40,624 nt of DNA, taken from the NCBI GenBank assembly GCA_038062135.1, contig JBBTXT010000003.1, positions 1 through 40,624 on the forward strand, read 5' to 3'. This DNA is from Patescibacteria group bacterium (GTDB taxonomy: Bacteria > Patescibacteriota > Minisyncoccia > 2-02-FULL-40-12 > GWA2-44-9). The notes beneath the pieces are model-generated. The model did not search any database, was not told the DNA's origin, and worked only from the letters and a program-made list of their open reading frames with translations. The position numbers and the translations under genes are program-made. Below, one piece after another: positions 17,825 through 26,210 of the stretch. Numbering within the stretch: position 1 is the stretch's first letter; each line of letters begins with the position of its first letter.

Positions 17825-19765
17825 ATGATTGACAGAAAGACCGGGACCACCGAGCCACAAGATGCTCCTGTGTCCCCATCAGATGCTGACGGCCAAAAGC
17901 CTCGCCAGCGAGTTTCAGCAGGAAGAACTCCCGCGGCAAGCGGACAAGAGTCTTCCGAGGAAAGTCAGAATGCGGGTTCTAAGCGCCGTTCACGTGCGCG
18001 TTTTGGCGCACGCCGATCTCGTTTACCGAGTGAACGACGCTTGCCTCCAACACAGATGCACGAGGGGCGAGTTGGGACACCGGAACACCTCAAGGGTACT
18101 GAAGATGAAACGCTTAAGTTCTATGCCCTTGGCGGTTTGGGAGAAGTCGGCCGCAATATGTACGTCATGGAATACAAGGATGAAATCGTCATCATTGACG
18201 CCGGAATCCTGTTTCCCCAAGACAACATGCCAGGCATAGACTTTATCGTCCCCGACATCTCATCACTTGAACCCAAGAAAGATAACATCCGCGCGCTCAT
18301 TCTGACGCACGGCCACATGGACCACATCGGCGGAGTCCCTTATCTTCTTGAAAAACTCGGCAACCCAGACATTTACACCGCGCTTCTAACAGAAAAGCTG
18401 GTCTTGAAGCGCCACAGCGAATTCCCCCACTTACCCAAACCAAACATGGAAGTAGTTAAGGCTGGTCAGACCATAAAGCTCGGGCAGTATTTCACGATTG
18501 AGTTCTTCAACATGAACCACAACATTCCCGACGACTTGGGTCTATTTATCCAGACTCCTGTCGGAAACATGGTTCACACCGCAGACTTTAAATTTGACCC
18601 GAACCCGCTCTATGGCGAACCGGCAAATTATCCGCTCCTGGAAGAGTTTGGCAAGCGCGGCGTGCACACGCTCGTTTGTGAATCTACTGATGCAGAAGAC
18701 GAGGGTCACTCCATTTCCGAACAAACGGTTTACGAAAACATGGAGATTATCTTTAAAGAAGCCCAGGGCATGCTTGTCTTTGGAACGTTTTCGTCCATGA
18801 TCAACCGCATGCAACAGATCGTGAAGCTGTCCGAAAAATACGGAAGAAAAGTTATCTTTGACGGCTACTCCCTAAAAACCAACGTAGAAATCGCAAAAGA
18901 AATCGGCTATCTAACTATTGATAAAGGAACGCAGATCCCGATTGAGCAAATCGGCAACTACCCTCGTGAAAAAATAACGGTCATTGCCACCGGCGCACTC
19001 GGACAAGAATCTGCTTCGCTGATGCGCATCGTGAACCAGGAACACCGCCATTTGTCGGTCAATAAGGGCGATAGCGTCGTGTTCTCATCTTCGGTTATTC
19101 CGGGCAATGAACGCTCGGTGCAGTACCTCAAAGACATGCTCTACCGCGCCGGCGTTAAAGTGTACCACTACCAGATGATGGACTTGCACGCCGGAGGCCA
19201 CGCGAAAAAGGAAGACTTGGTTAAGATTCTTGATTTACTAAAACCAAAGTTCCTGATCCCGCACCACGGCCAATACTCCATGATGGTTACCCTGGGTGAA
19301 ATCGGCAAAGAGCGAGGCGTCGCTGAAGAAAACATAATTATTGCCGACAATGGACAAGTCGTCCATCTTACCCCCGACAACTGGTGGTTTGATAAGAAGA
19401 GCGTCCAAACCAACTACATTATGGTTGACGGTCTCGGCGTTGGCGACGTAGGCAACGTCGTATTGCGCGATCGCCAGGTGCTCGCCGAAGACGGCATGTT
19501 CGTGATTATCGCCGTCGTAGACACTCGTACCGGCCAGGTGCGCCAAAGCCCAGATATTATCTCTCGCGGTTTCGTGTATCTTAAAGAACAGAAAGACCTT
19601 CTGTCTCTAACCCGCAAAAAGATTCGCCAGATTGTTGAATCCGAAAAAGCACGTCCGCTCAACATCCAATATCTCAAAGACAACATTCGCGACGAAATCG
19701 GCCGGTTCCTCTTCCAAAGAACTGAACGAAGACCGATGGTGTTACCGGTCATTATAGAAGTATAA
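17825..19765 (+). CDS. rnj: ribonuclease J (beta-CASP metallo-beta-lactamase)
   Basis: LKFYALGGLGEVGRNMYVMEY..., HGHMDHIGG, and beta-CASP and C-terminal domains. The first ~95 codons encode a basic, Ser/Arg-rich extension. An alternative ATG at 18056 would remove most of it. Confidence 0.88.
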   Translation: MIDRKTGTTEPQDAPVSPSDADGQKPRQRVSAGRTPAASGQESSEESQNAGSKRRSRARFGARRSRLPSERRLPPTQMHEGRVGTPEHLKGTEDETLKFYALGGLGEVGRNMYVMEYKDEIVIIDAGILFPQDNMPGIDFIVPDISSLEPKKDNIRALILTHGHMDHIGGVPYLLEKLGNPDIYTALLTEKLVLKRHSEFPHLPKPNMEVVKAGQTIKLGQYFTIEFFNMNHNIPDDLGLFIQTPVGNMVHTADFKFDPNPLYGEPANYPLLEEFGKRGVHTLVCESTDAEDEGHSISEQTVYENMEIIFKEAQGMLVFGTFSSMINRMQQIVKLSEKYGRKVIFDGYSLKTNVEIAKEIGYLTIDKGTQIPIEQIGNYPREKITVIATGALGQESASLMRIVNQEHRHLSVNKGDSVVFSSSVIPGNERSVQYLKDMLYRAGVKVYHYQMMDLHAGGHAKKEDLVKILDLLKPKFLIPHHGQYSMMVTLGEIGKERGVAEENIIIADNGQVVHLTPDNWWFDKKSVQTNYIMVDGLGVGDVGNVVLRDRQVLAEDGMFVIIAVVDTRTGQVRQSPDIISRGFVYLKEQKDLLSLTRKKIRQIVESEKARPLNIQYLKDNIRDEIGRFLFQRTERRPMVLPVIIEV

Positions 19766-19792
19766 TTGCGAATCTAGCCTCTCCTCAACACC

Positions 19793-19827
19793 GGAACGCC
19801 CCTTCCAGCGAGGGGCGTTCCTTTTCC
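19793..19827 (+). terminator. rho-independent terminator after rnj
   Basis: GGAACGCCCC (19793-19802), 9-nt loop, GGGGCGTTCC (19812-19821), then TTTTCC. Confidence 0.8.
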
Positions 19828-19961
19828 TCACGACGGCACCCAGCCCATTAATCAATGGGCTGGGACCGAGCTGCCTGTTGCGCAGTGTTTTAGAAGAGAC
19901 CAGATTCGCAATCATTGCCGCCTCTGGCGGACTTTTGATTTGTGCGATATTCTTAACAATC

Positions 19962-20966
19962 ATGTCTAAGAAAGTTTTACTCACTGGTGACCGGCCGACA
20001 GGCCCGCTCCATATCGGCCATTATTTTGGTTCGCTCATCAACCGCAAAGCATTGGAAACGGATTACGAGAGTTATATTCTCATAGCCGATATTCAGGCTC
20101 TTACCGACAACTGGGAACAGCCGGAAAAAGTTCGCGCGAATGTGTACGAAGTGGCAGCAGATAATCTGGCACTCGGGATTGATCCGGAAAAAACGACGCT
20201 CTATATCCAAAGTCAAATCCCCCAGATCGCGGAATTAACGGTTTTATATTCAAACCTAGTCACCGTAAATACGCTCCGCCGCAACCCGACCGTAAAAGCC
20301 GAGATTGCACAAAAGAAGGAGTTATTTGGCGCGGACGGCGAAAGCGTCACTTATGGCTTTTTGGGTTACCCCATAAGCCAGGCCGCGGACATCACCCATG
20401 TGCGGGCAGATATCGTACCCGTCGGTGAAGACCAACTGCCGATGATTGAGCAAACCAGGGAAATAATAGAAAAGTTCCACCGCATTTATAACACCGAAAT
20501 CTTCCCCTTCCCCCAGGCAAAACTTTCCCAGGCACCGAGAATTCTTGGACTGGATGGCAACGCTAAAATGTCCAAGAGCCTCAACAACGCAATTTACTTA
20601 AAAGATTCTGCCGAAGAAACTGAAGCAAAAATAAAAGTCGCCACTACGGATTCCGAAACCACTGTCGGCTACAATCCAGAAAAACGGCCGGAGGTTTCAA
20701 ATCTTGTTTTAATCTACGCCCTTGCAAAAGGTATGACTCCCGAACAAGCCATTGGTGAGCTCGGGCAAATCAATTACAGCACATTTAAACCGCTCCTTGC
20801 CAAAGCCCTCAACGAACATCTTGCACCACTGCGCGAACGGAGAATTGAGATCGTTTCCAAACCAGGCTACACTGCAGAAATCCTCTCCGCCGGCCGCGAG
20901 CGCGCTATTAAAAAAGCCGAAGAAACCATGAACCTCGTCCGGAAGGCAATGAAGATTGACTACTAA
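19962..20966 (+). CDS. trpS: tryptophan--tRNA ligase
   Basis: MSKKVLLTGDRPTGPLHIGHYFG (HIGH motif) and AKMSKSLNN (KMSKS motif). I chose the internal ATG at 19962 over the track's upstream start at 19878. Confidence 0.92.
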   Translation: MSKKVLLTGDRPTGPLHIGHYFGSLINRKALETDYESYILIADIQALTDNWEQPEKVRANVYEVAADNLALGIDPEKTTLYIQSQIPQIAELTVLYSNLVTVNTLRRNPTVKAEIAQKKELFGADGESVTYGFLGYPISQAADITHVRADIVPVGEDQLPMIEQTREIIEKFHRIYNTEIFPFPQAKLSQAPRILGLDGNAKMSKSLNNAIYLKDSAEETEAKIKVATTDSETTVGYNPEKRPEVSNLVLIYALAKGMTPEQAIGELGQINYSTFKPLLAKALNEHLAPLRERRIEIVSKPGYTAEILSAGRERAIKKAEETMNLVRKAMKIDY

Positions 20967-20984
20967 TTTTTTAAGGAATAGTAT
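20956..20984 (+). promoter_or_regulatory. near-consensus promoter for the 89-aa cassette gene
   Basis: TTGACT (20956-20961, inside the last trpS codons), 17 nt, TAGTAT (20979-20984). Confidence 0.5.
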
Positions 20985-21006
20985 CTTAATGAAATAAGGA
21001 GGAGTC

Positions 21007-21276
21007 GTGAAAGAAACTAGAGTGTCGTTCAACGACCTGCTTCCGCACCAGAAGGAACAGGTTCGCACCCTGCTCGCGTCCGCGGGCGGGAACCCTGGGG
21101 GTGACATCGTGGAGATAGTAATTCTCACCAGACCATTCAACGAGGAGATTCTGCGTCCGTTTCTGAAGACGCCCCACATGGATGTCGGGGGAGACTGTCC
21201 GGACGGTCAGCGCCTGAGCCAGGTTCTGCCCAACCATCCGCTCTCTCGAATTATCCGAGACGAGATGGATGACTAG
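21007..21276 (+). CDS. hypothetical acidic protein, 89 aa, GC-rich cassette
   Basis: GTG start 4 nt after AAGGAGG. Moderately enriched for G/C at third codon positions. Followed by its own hairpin terminator. No recognisable family. Confidence 0.5.
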   Translation: MKETRVSFNDLLPHQKEQVRTLLASAGGNPGGDIVEIVILTRPFNEEILRPFLKTPHMDVGGDCPDGQRLSQVLPNHPLSRIIRDEMDD

Positions 21277-21307
21277 GTAAACGGCGCTAAGCACCGACCA
21301 CACGCAC

Positions 21308-21347
21308 GCTCCATCTGCTTCGGCGGGTGGAGCGCTGTTTTCTTTTT
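21308..21347 (+). terminator. rho-independent terminator
   Basis: GCTCCATCTGC (21308-21318), loop TTCG, GCGGGTGGAGC (21323-21333, two G-T wobbles), then GCTGTTTTCTTTTT. Confidence 0.65.
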
Positions 21348-21374
21348 GCTCCATTCAGCTTATACTTGGGCCGT

Positions 21375-22721
21375 ATGTTGTCTAAGAATATTAAGAAAAT
21401 ATACCTTATCGGCATTAAGGGAACCGGGATGTCGTCCCTGGCGGTTTTGCTTAAAAAACTCGGCTACCAAGTAAGCGGGTCCGACACGGCAGAAAAGTTC
21501 TTTACCGAGACCCAGCTTAAAAATTCTAAAATCCCCTACACGGAGGGTTTTTCTGCGGGACATATAAAAAAGGCCAAGCCGGATTTAGTTATTACTTCTA
21601 CCGCTTACAATGAGCGTAATCCTGAAATCGCTGAAGCGAAAATACTCCGCTCGCGGATGATGAGCTACCCCGAAGCGGTCGGGGCAATTTCCCGCCAGCT
21701 TATTTCAATCGCCGTCTGCGGAAGCCATGGCAAAACAACCACCACCTCAATGCTAGGCTGGATCATGCAGTCCAATGGCGCTACTTCAGTCTTAACCGGC
21801 ACCGTCGCCGACGACATTACCAAAAACAATCACGGCAAGCCGTCATTCTTCGTGTTTGAAGCCGACGAGTACCAGAACAAGCTCCAACACTATTCGCCCG
21901 CCGCGGTAATCCTGACCAATATAGATTATGACCACCCGGATTACTTCAAAAATAAAACTTCATATCTGGCTGTGTTTAAAGAGTTTACTAAAAAGATTTT
22001 AAAGCAAGGCGGTTTTGTTCTGTACTGCGCCGAGGACAAGCTTACATCTAAACTCCTGCGCGGTAAGCCCAACACTCACAGCTATGGATTTAGTAAGCGG
22101 GCAGATTATAGAATTGAACTCGGCAAGAAAAAGGATTTCACCATCCGGCAGAACGGCGACCACCTGGCTGATATTAAACTCTCTGTATTCGGCAACCACA
22201 ACATTTTAAACGCAACCGCGGCGGCGGTTATGGCGATGCGTTTTGGCATCCCCCCAGACGCGACAGCCGGTCGCCTGGCATCTTTTAAGGGCGTGAAGCG
22301 ACGCATGGAACTAGTTCCTAGTAAAAAATATACAATCATAGACGACTACGGCCATCACCCGACCGAGATTAGGGCAACTCTTTCCGCAATCAGAGAACAA
22401 AATCCTAAGGCGCACATAACTGCCGTGTTTCACCCCCACACCTTTACGCGCACCAAGGCGCTGATTAAAGATTTTGGAAAAGCATTTAAGGATGCTAACC
22501 TAACCCTCGTGCTTGATATTTATCCATCCGCGCGCGAGACCGCCAGCGGAATACATTCAGAAGATGTTGTGCGCGAACTAGCTAAAAATAAAGCTAAAGC
22601 AGTGTACACGCCCTCAATCCCGGATGCTGCGGCATACATCAAGCATCACATTCCCAAAGGATCAATCGTGGTTACCATCGGCGCGGGCAATGTGTGGCAG
22701 TTGTGCGAATTGATTAAATAA
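21375..22721 (+). CDS. murC: UDP-N-acetylmuramate--L-alanine ligase
   Basis: IYLIGIKGTGMSSLAVLLKKLGYQVSGSD and the P-loop AVCGSHGKTTTTSML. The start is placed at ATG 21375 because the track's longer N-terminus (from 21327) runs through the upstream terminator. Confidence 0.9.
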   Translation: MLSKNIKKIYLIGIKGTGMSSLAVLLKKLGYQVSGSDTAEKFFTETQLKNSKIPYTEGFSAGHIKKAKPDLVITSTAYNERNPEIAEAKILRSRMMSYPEAVGAISRQLISIAVCGSHGKTTTTSMLGWIMQSNGATSVLTGTVADDITKNNHGKPSFFVFEADEYQNKLQHYSPAAVILTNIDYDHPDYFKNKTSYLAVFKEFTKKILKQGGFVLYCAEDKLTSKLLRGKPNTHSYGFSKRADYRIELGKKKDFTIRQNGDHLADIKLSVFGNHNILNATAAAVMAMRFGIPPDATAGRLASFKGVKRRMELVPSKKYTIIDDYGHHPTEIRATLSAIREQNPKAHITAVFHPHTFTRTKALIKDFGKAFKDANLTLVLDIYPSARETASGIHSEDVVRELAKNKAKAVYTPSIPDAAAYIKHHIPKGSIVVTIGAGNVWQLCELIK

Positions 22722-22725
22722 AACT

Positions 22726-23379
22726 ATGATAATTAATGAGCTAAAGGATGTACTAATTCTTATCCTTGGGTGGCTCCTTGGTTTACTGGGACCAGTAATT
22801 GTGGACGCCATAAAAGATAAGCGCGAAGCCAAGGCTATGAAGGCGGCTTTATTTTCAGAGCTTCACGAGCTTCAGTACAGACTTATGCTGTCTGCGTATC
22901 AAATTGAGAGTAGGTATGGTGAATTAAATCATGAATTTTTCCTATGGGCCCAGGGTATACTTGTTGGATATAAAGGTGTTAATTCAAGCGAGTCTCTATT
23001 GAAGATAATTGGTCCATTATTAAAACTAACGGATGAGCAGATGAAGACTTATGCACAACAAACAAAACAGCAAAACCAGCCCATCTCAGGTCTATCTCTA
23101 AAAAAGTATTCCTTGTCATTATTGGAGTCATACTTATCATCACTAGCAAAATTTGATTCAAAATTAAGGGGTCATCTTTTAGAATTGAAGGTTCATATTG
23201 CTTTTATAAACGAGGTTGTTGATGATGCTCGTTATTATTTTAGGCTTTCATTTCAAAATAATATCTCTCCTACAAATTATGACATCGCAAATAATAATAT
23301 GATAGATTCTTATAAAGCTTATAAATCACAAGCAAGGGTTGCTGTTGAGATTATTGGTAAAATCTTATCAAAAAAATAA
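22726..23379 (+). CDS. hypothetical protein with N-terminal TM helix (217 aa), AT-rich ORFan
   Basis: Track ORF, 4 nt after the murC stop, with its own stop abutting the ychF ATG. Visibly lower GC than either neighbour. N-terminal VLILILGWLLGLLGPVIV followed by a helical, Lys/Gln/Asn-rich region. Confidence 0.6.
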   Translation: MIINELKDVLILILGWLLGLLGPVIVDAIKDKREAKAMKAALFSELHELQYRLMLSAYQIESRYGELNHEFFLWAQGILVGYKGVNSSESLLKIIGPLLKLTDEQMKTYAQQTKQQNQPISGLSLKKYSLSLLESYLSSLAKFDSKLRGHLLELKVHIAFINEVVDDARYYFRLSFQNNISPTNYDIANNNMIDSYKAYKSQARVAVEIIGKILSKK

Positions 23380-24507
23380 ATGTCAAGTACAAAACTTTCC
23401 ATCGGTATTGTCGGTCTTCCCAATGTGGGCAAATCCACGCTTTTTAAAGCCGTCACCAACAAACAGGTAGATATTCAGAACTACCCCTTTACCACTATTG
23501 AACCGAATGTGGGCGTCGTAGCGGTACCGGATGAACGCGTTGATGCGCTGGCACTGATGTCAGGATCGGCCAAGAAAATCTACACCACCATTGAGTTCAC
23601 AGATATTGCGGGTCTGGTAAAAGGTGCGAGTCAGGGCGAGGGCCTTGGCAATAAATTTTTGGCCAACATCCGCGAGGTAGACGCAATCGCCCAAGTAGTG
23701 CGCGCATTTGAAGATGCAAACATCACCCACGTCCACAGCCGGATCAACCCAGTTGAAGACATCGGGATCATCAACACAGAACTTATTATTGCTGACCTAG
23801 ACACGGTCACCCGAAGAATTGAAAAAACGGCCAAAGAGGCGAAGAACGACAAGAAAGCACAAAAAGATTTACCCATCCTGGAAAAGCTCAAACAAACACT
23901 TGAAAGCGACACGATTATTTCTAAAATTGATCTTCATGAAGAAGAACGCGAATTGGTCAAAGAGCTTAACCTCCTAACCGCCAAGCCATTTATTTACGTA
24001 ATCAACGTTTCAGAACAACAGCTTTTGGATAACTGGCAGCCGGACGAAAAGTTAAAGTTAGCCTTTGGAAATGCCTCATTTGTCGTGATGTGCAACAAGC
24101 TAGAACTTACACTGTCCGAATTATCACAGGAAGAACGGAAAGAGCTCATGCTAGAGTTCAATCTGCTTGCCACGCCGGAGCCATCTGGCGCAGGTGGGCC
24201 CGAGAGCGGTTTGGATAAGTTAATTAAAGAGAGCTATCACACGCTTGGACTCATAACGTTTCTCACCACTGGACTAGATGAAAGCCGAGCCTGGACGGCG
24301 CACAAAGGAGATTTAATACCCAAGGCATCCAGCGCGATTCATACTGATTTTGAAAGACTGTTTATACGCGCCGAGGTCATCAATTGGAAAACCTTACTTG
24401 AGTGTGAGAGCTACGCAACCGCCCGCTCAAAGGGACTCGTTCGTACAGAGGGCAAAAATTACGTCATCCAAGATGGCGATGTTGTTGAGATTCTTATTGG
24501 AAAATAA
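23380..24507 (+). CDS. ychF: ribosome-binding ATPase YchF
   Basis: IGIVGLPNVGKSTLFKAVT, DIAGLVKGAS, and a C-terminal TGS-like segment ...GKNYVIQDGDVVEI. Confidence 0.93.
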   Translation: MSSTKLSIGIVGLPNVGKSTLFKAVTNKQVDIQNYPFTTIEPNVGVVAVPDERVDALALMSGSAKKIYTTIEFTDIAGLVKGASQGEGLGNKFLANIREVDAIAQVVRAFEDANITHVHSRINPVEDIGIINTELIIADLDTVTRRIEKTAKEAKNDKKAQKDLPILEKLKQTLESDTIISKIDLHEEERELVKELNLLTAKPFIYVINVSEQQLLDNWQPDEKLKLAFGNASFVVMCNKLELTLSELSQEERKELMLEFNLLATPEPSGAGGPESGLDKLIKESYHTLGLITFLTTGLDESRAWTAHKGDLIPKASSAIHTDFERLFIRAEVINWKTLLECESYATARSKGLVRTEGKNYVIQDGDVVEILIGK

Positions 24508-24510
24508 AGG

Positions 24511-24534
24511 GCGCGGGATCCGAAGATCCCGCGC
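24511..24534. terminator. bidirectional hairpin between ychF and the 68-aa gene
   Basis: GCGCGGGATC, loop CGAA, GATCCCGCGC: a perfect 10-bp stem lying between two convergent stop codons. Confidence 0.65.
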
Positions 24535-24558
24535 TATGGTTGGTGGTGCCGTTCTTGC

Positions 24559-24765
24559 CTAGGCGGCACTCGCGGTGGCCGGCTTGGGAACGGACCTGAC
24601 CCAGGCGAACTTCCCCGTGTCCTGGAACATCAACCGCCCCTTCTTCCAGCAGACATCCTTGCCGGTGCTCGCGGCGGTCTGCTTGGCCAGCTTCTTGCGC
24701 TCGGTCCGGAAGGACCGCGCCTTCAGCTCCGCTTCCGTCTTCTTCCTGACCATGGGCCGGGCCAT
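24559..24765 (-). CDS. small basic protein, 68 aa, GC-rich cassette
   Basis: GAGGAGG lies 5 nt before the ATG. By hand count, 63 of 67 codons end in G or C. Sequence MARPMVRKKTEAELKARSFRTERKKLAKQ... is Lys/Arg-rich. The competing ORFs 24494..24793 and 24575..24826 lack an SD. Confidence 0.55.
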   Translation of the reverse strand: MARPMVRKKTEAELKARSFRTERKKLAKQTAASTGKDVCWKKGRLMFQDTGKFAWVRSVPKPATASAA

Positions 24766-24812
24766 GGAACCTCCTCTTTTTACGCCGAACCACTTCGGCG
24801 ATGTCCTAATAT

Positions 24813-24840
24813 ATTATCATACATAAACAGGGTGTGTCAA
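24813..24840 (-). promoter_or_regulatory. candidate promoter for the 68-aa gene
   Basis: The reverse strand reads TTGACA (24835-24840), 16 nt, GATAAT (24813-24818). The -35 box forms a palindrome (GTCAA CTTT TGAC) with the rpsF -35 box. Confidence 0.5.
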
Positions 24841-24843
24841 CTT

Positions 24844-24872
24844 TTGACTTTTTACCGTAAAATTGCTACTAT
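24844..24872 (+). promoter_or_regulatory. candidate rpsF operon promoter
   Basis: TTGACT (24844-24849), 17 nt, TACTAT (24867-24872), about 90 nt before the rpsF ATG. Confidence 0.55.
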
Positions 24873-24962
24873 TTTGGAGTATCAATAACCGCGTAGAAAG
24901 TACGCGGAAACCCCGCCAAACTTTTACTTCGTAAAACTTAGGCTGGCAAACCAAAGTATTGT

Positions 24963-25385
24963 ATGTCTGAAACTTTAACCATGTACGAACTGGGGTACCA
25001 CTTGGACCCCGCCCTGGACGAGGCAACCGCCGCCCAGAACAGGACCGCAGTAGAAAAGCTCGCGACCGATAAGGGCGCCACGATAGTCATGTCGAAAGAG
25101 CCGGAACGCACCCGTCTCTCGTATCCGATTAACCACCAGCGCGCAAGCTATTTCGGATATTTCCGTTTTACGCTTGAGAACAAGGATGGTTTGGCGGAAA
25201 TGGACGAGGAGCTCAAACTCAATCCGGCAGTTATTCGTTCCGTTTTGCTAAAGATTGAACCGGAATCCGAAAGACGGGCACCGCGCATACGTCCTACTAT
25301 GGAGAAAAAGACTACACCGGCCGTTCCCAGCCAGCCGAATGCCGCGCTGGATGAACAGATTGAAAATGTTTTAGGAAACATTTAA
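24963..25385 (+). CDS. rpsF: 30S ribosomal protein S6
   Basis: MYELGYHLDP...RLSYPINHQRASYFGYFRF, followed by ssb and rpsR in the conserved order. Confidence 0.9.
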   Translation: MSETLTMYELGYHLDPALDEATAAQNRTAVEKLATDKGATIVMSKEPERTRLSYPINHQRASYFGYFRFTLENKDGLAEMDEELKLNPAVIRSVLLKIEPESERRAPRIRPTMEKKTTPAVPSQPNAALDEQIENVLGNI

Positions 25386-25396
25386 GCTATCCGAAT

Positions 25397-25939
25397 ATGA
25401 ATCTCAACAAAGTATTACTGATCGGACGCCTAACTCAAGACCCGGAAACCCGCGCTACGCCCGGCGGACAGACCGTAACCACGATCCGGATGGCCACCAA
25501 CCGCAACTGGACCAATCAGACCAGCGGTCAGAAGCAGGAATCAACCGAGTTCCATACTGTTGTTGCCTGGGGGCGGCTTGCAGAGATAGCCAGCCAGTAC
25601 TTAAAGCGTGGGGGTTTAGTTCTTATTGAAGGTCGGCTTCAAACCCGCACCTGGGTCGGCAAGGATACGGTAAAACGCTACACCACCGAAATAGTAGCCG
25701 AGAACTTACAGCTTGGTCCGCGAAGCTACAGCCAGGGCGGAAGCACCATGTCGGACGTTCGCCAGCCTGACCGCCTGTCCGGCCAGGGGTCAGAGCCCGC
25801 AACAAAGCCTGCTAGCCAGCCCAATGCGGCTCCCCTTGAAGATGAGATACCAATCATCAGTGAGGATGAGGTAGCCCGCCAAGGACAAGAAATTGAGGAA
25901 GAAGAAGTAAAAATAAAAGAAGAAGACTTGCCATTCTAA
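25397..25939 (+). CDS. ssb: single-stranded DNA-binding protein
   Basis: OB fold NKVLLIGRLTQDPETR...TEFHTVVAWGRLAE...GRLQTRTW and an acidic tail ending in EEDLPF. Confidence 0.93.
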   Translation: MNLNKVLLIGRLTQDPETRATPGGQTVTTIRMATNRNWTNQTSGQKQESTEFHTVVAWGRLAEIASQYLKRGGLVLIEGRLQTRTWVGKDTVKRYTTEIVAENLQLGPRSYSQGGSTMSDVRQPDRLSGQGSEPATKPASQPNAAPLEDEIPIISEDEVARQGQEIEEEEVKIKEEDLPF

Positions 25940-25942
25940 ATT

Positions 25943-26158
25943 ATGAGCACTATCTGTAATTTTTGCCAAGATAACATAGAGCATCTGGACTACAAGGACA
26001 CGAAAGTTCTGCGAAAGTTCGTGACCTCGGAGTTCCGCATCGGTTCAGCCAAGCGCAACAAGCTTTGCAAAAAGCACCAGCGCCGGGTTGCTAATGCAAT
26101 CAAGATCTCCCGCCTCATGGCGCTCATGCCATACACCCGAAACCAGACCGTAAGATAG
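25943..26158 (+). CDS. rpsR: 30S ribosomal protein S18
   Basis: CNFCQDNIEHLDYKDTKVLRKFVTSEFRIGSAKRNKLCKKHQRRVANAIKISRLMALMPY. Confidence 0.93.
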   Translation: MSTICNFCQDNIEHLDYKDTKVLRKFVTSEFRIGSAKRNKLCKKHQRRVANAIKISRLMALMPYTRNQTVR

Positions 26159-26170
26159 TCCAGGCTCATT

Positions 26171-26198
26171 ATAAAACCCCGGTTACCCGGGGTTTTAT
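26171..26198. terminator. bidirectional terminator between rpsR and recA
   Basis: ATAAAACCCCGG, loop TTAC, CCGGGGTTTTAT: a perfect 12-bp stem with A/T tracts on both sides. Confidence 0.8.
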
Positions 26199-26210
26199 AA
26201 TTCTTAATAC

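Noticed and set aside
19766-19961. T-box riboswitch upstream of trpS
   Set aside because: No T-box consensus (AAnnnGGGTGGTACCGCG-like) or specifier-loop features are visible. Only generic hairpins are present.
24494-24826. ORFs 24494..24793 (minus strand, 99 aa) and 24575..24826 (plus strand, 83 aa) in cassette 6
   Set aside because: Neither has an SD. The 68-aa frame has GAGGAGG upstream and 63/67 codons ending in G or C. The 99-aa frame would also read through the ychF terminator hairpin.
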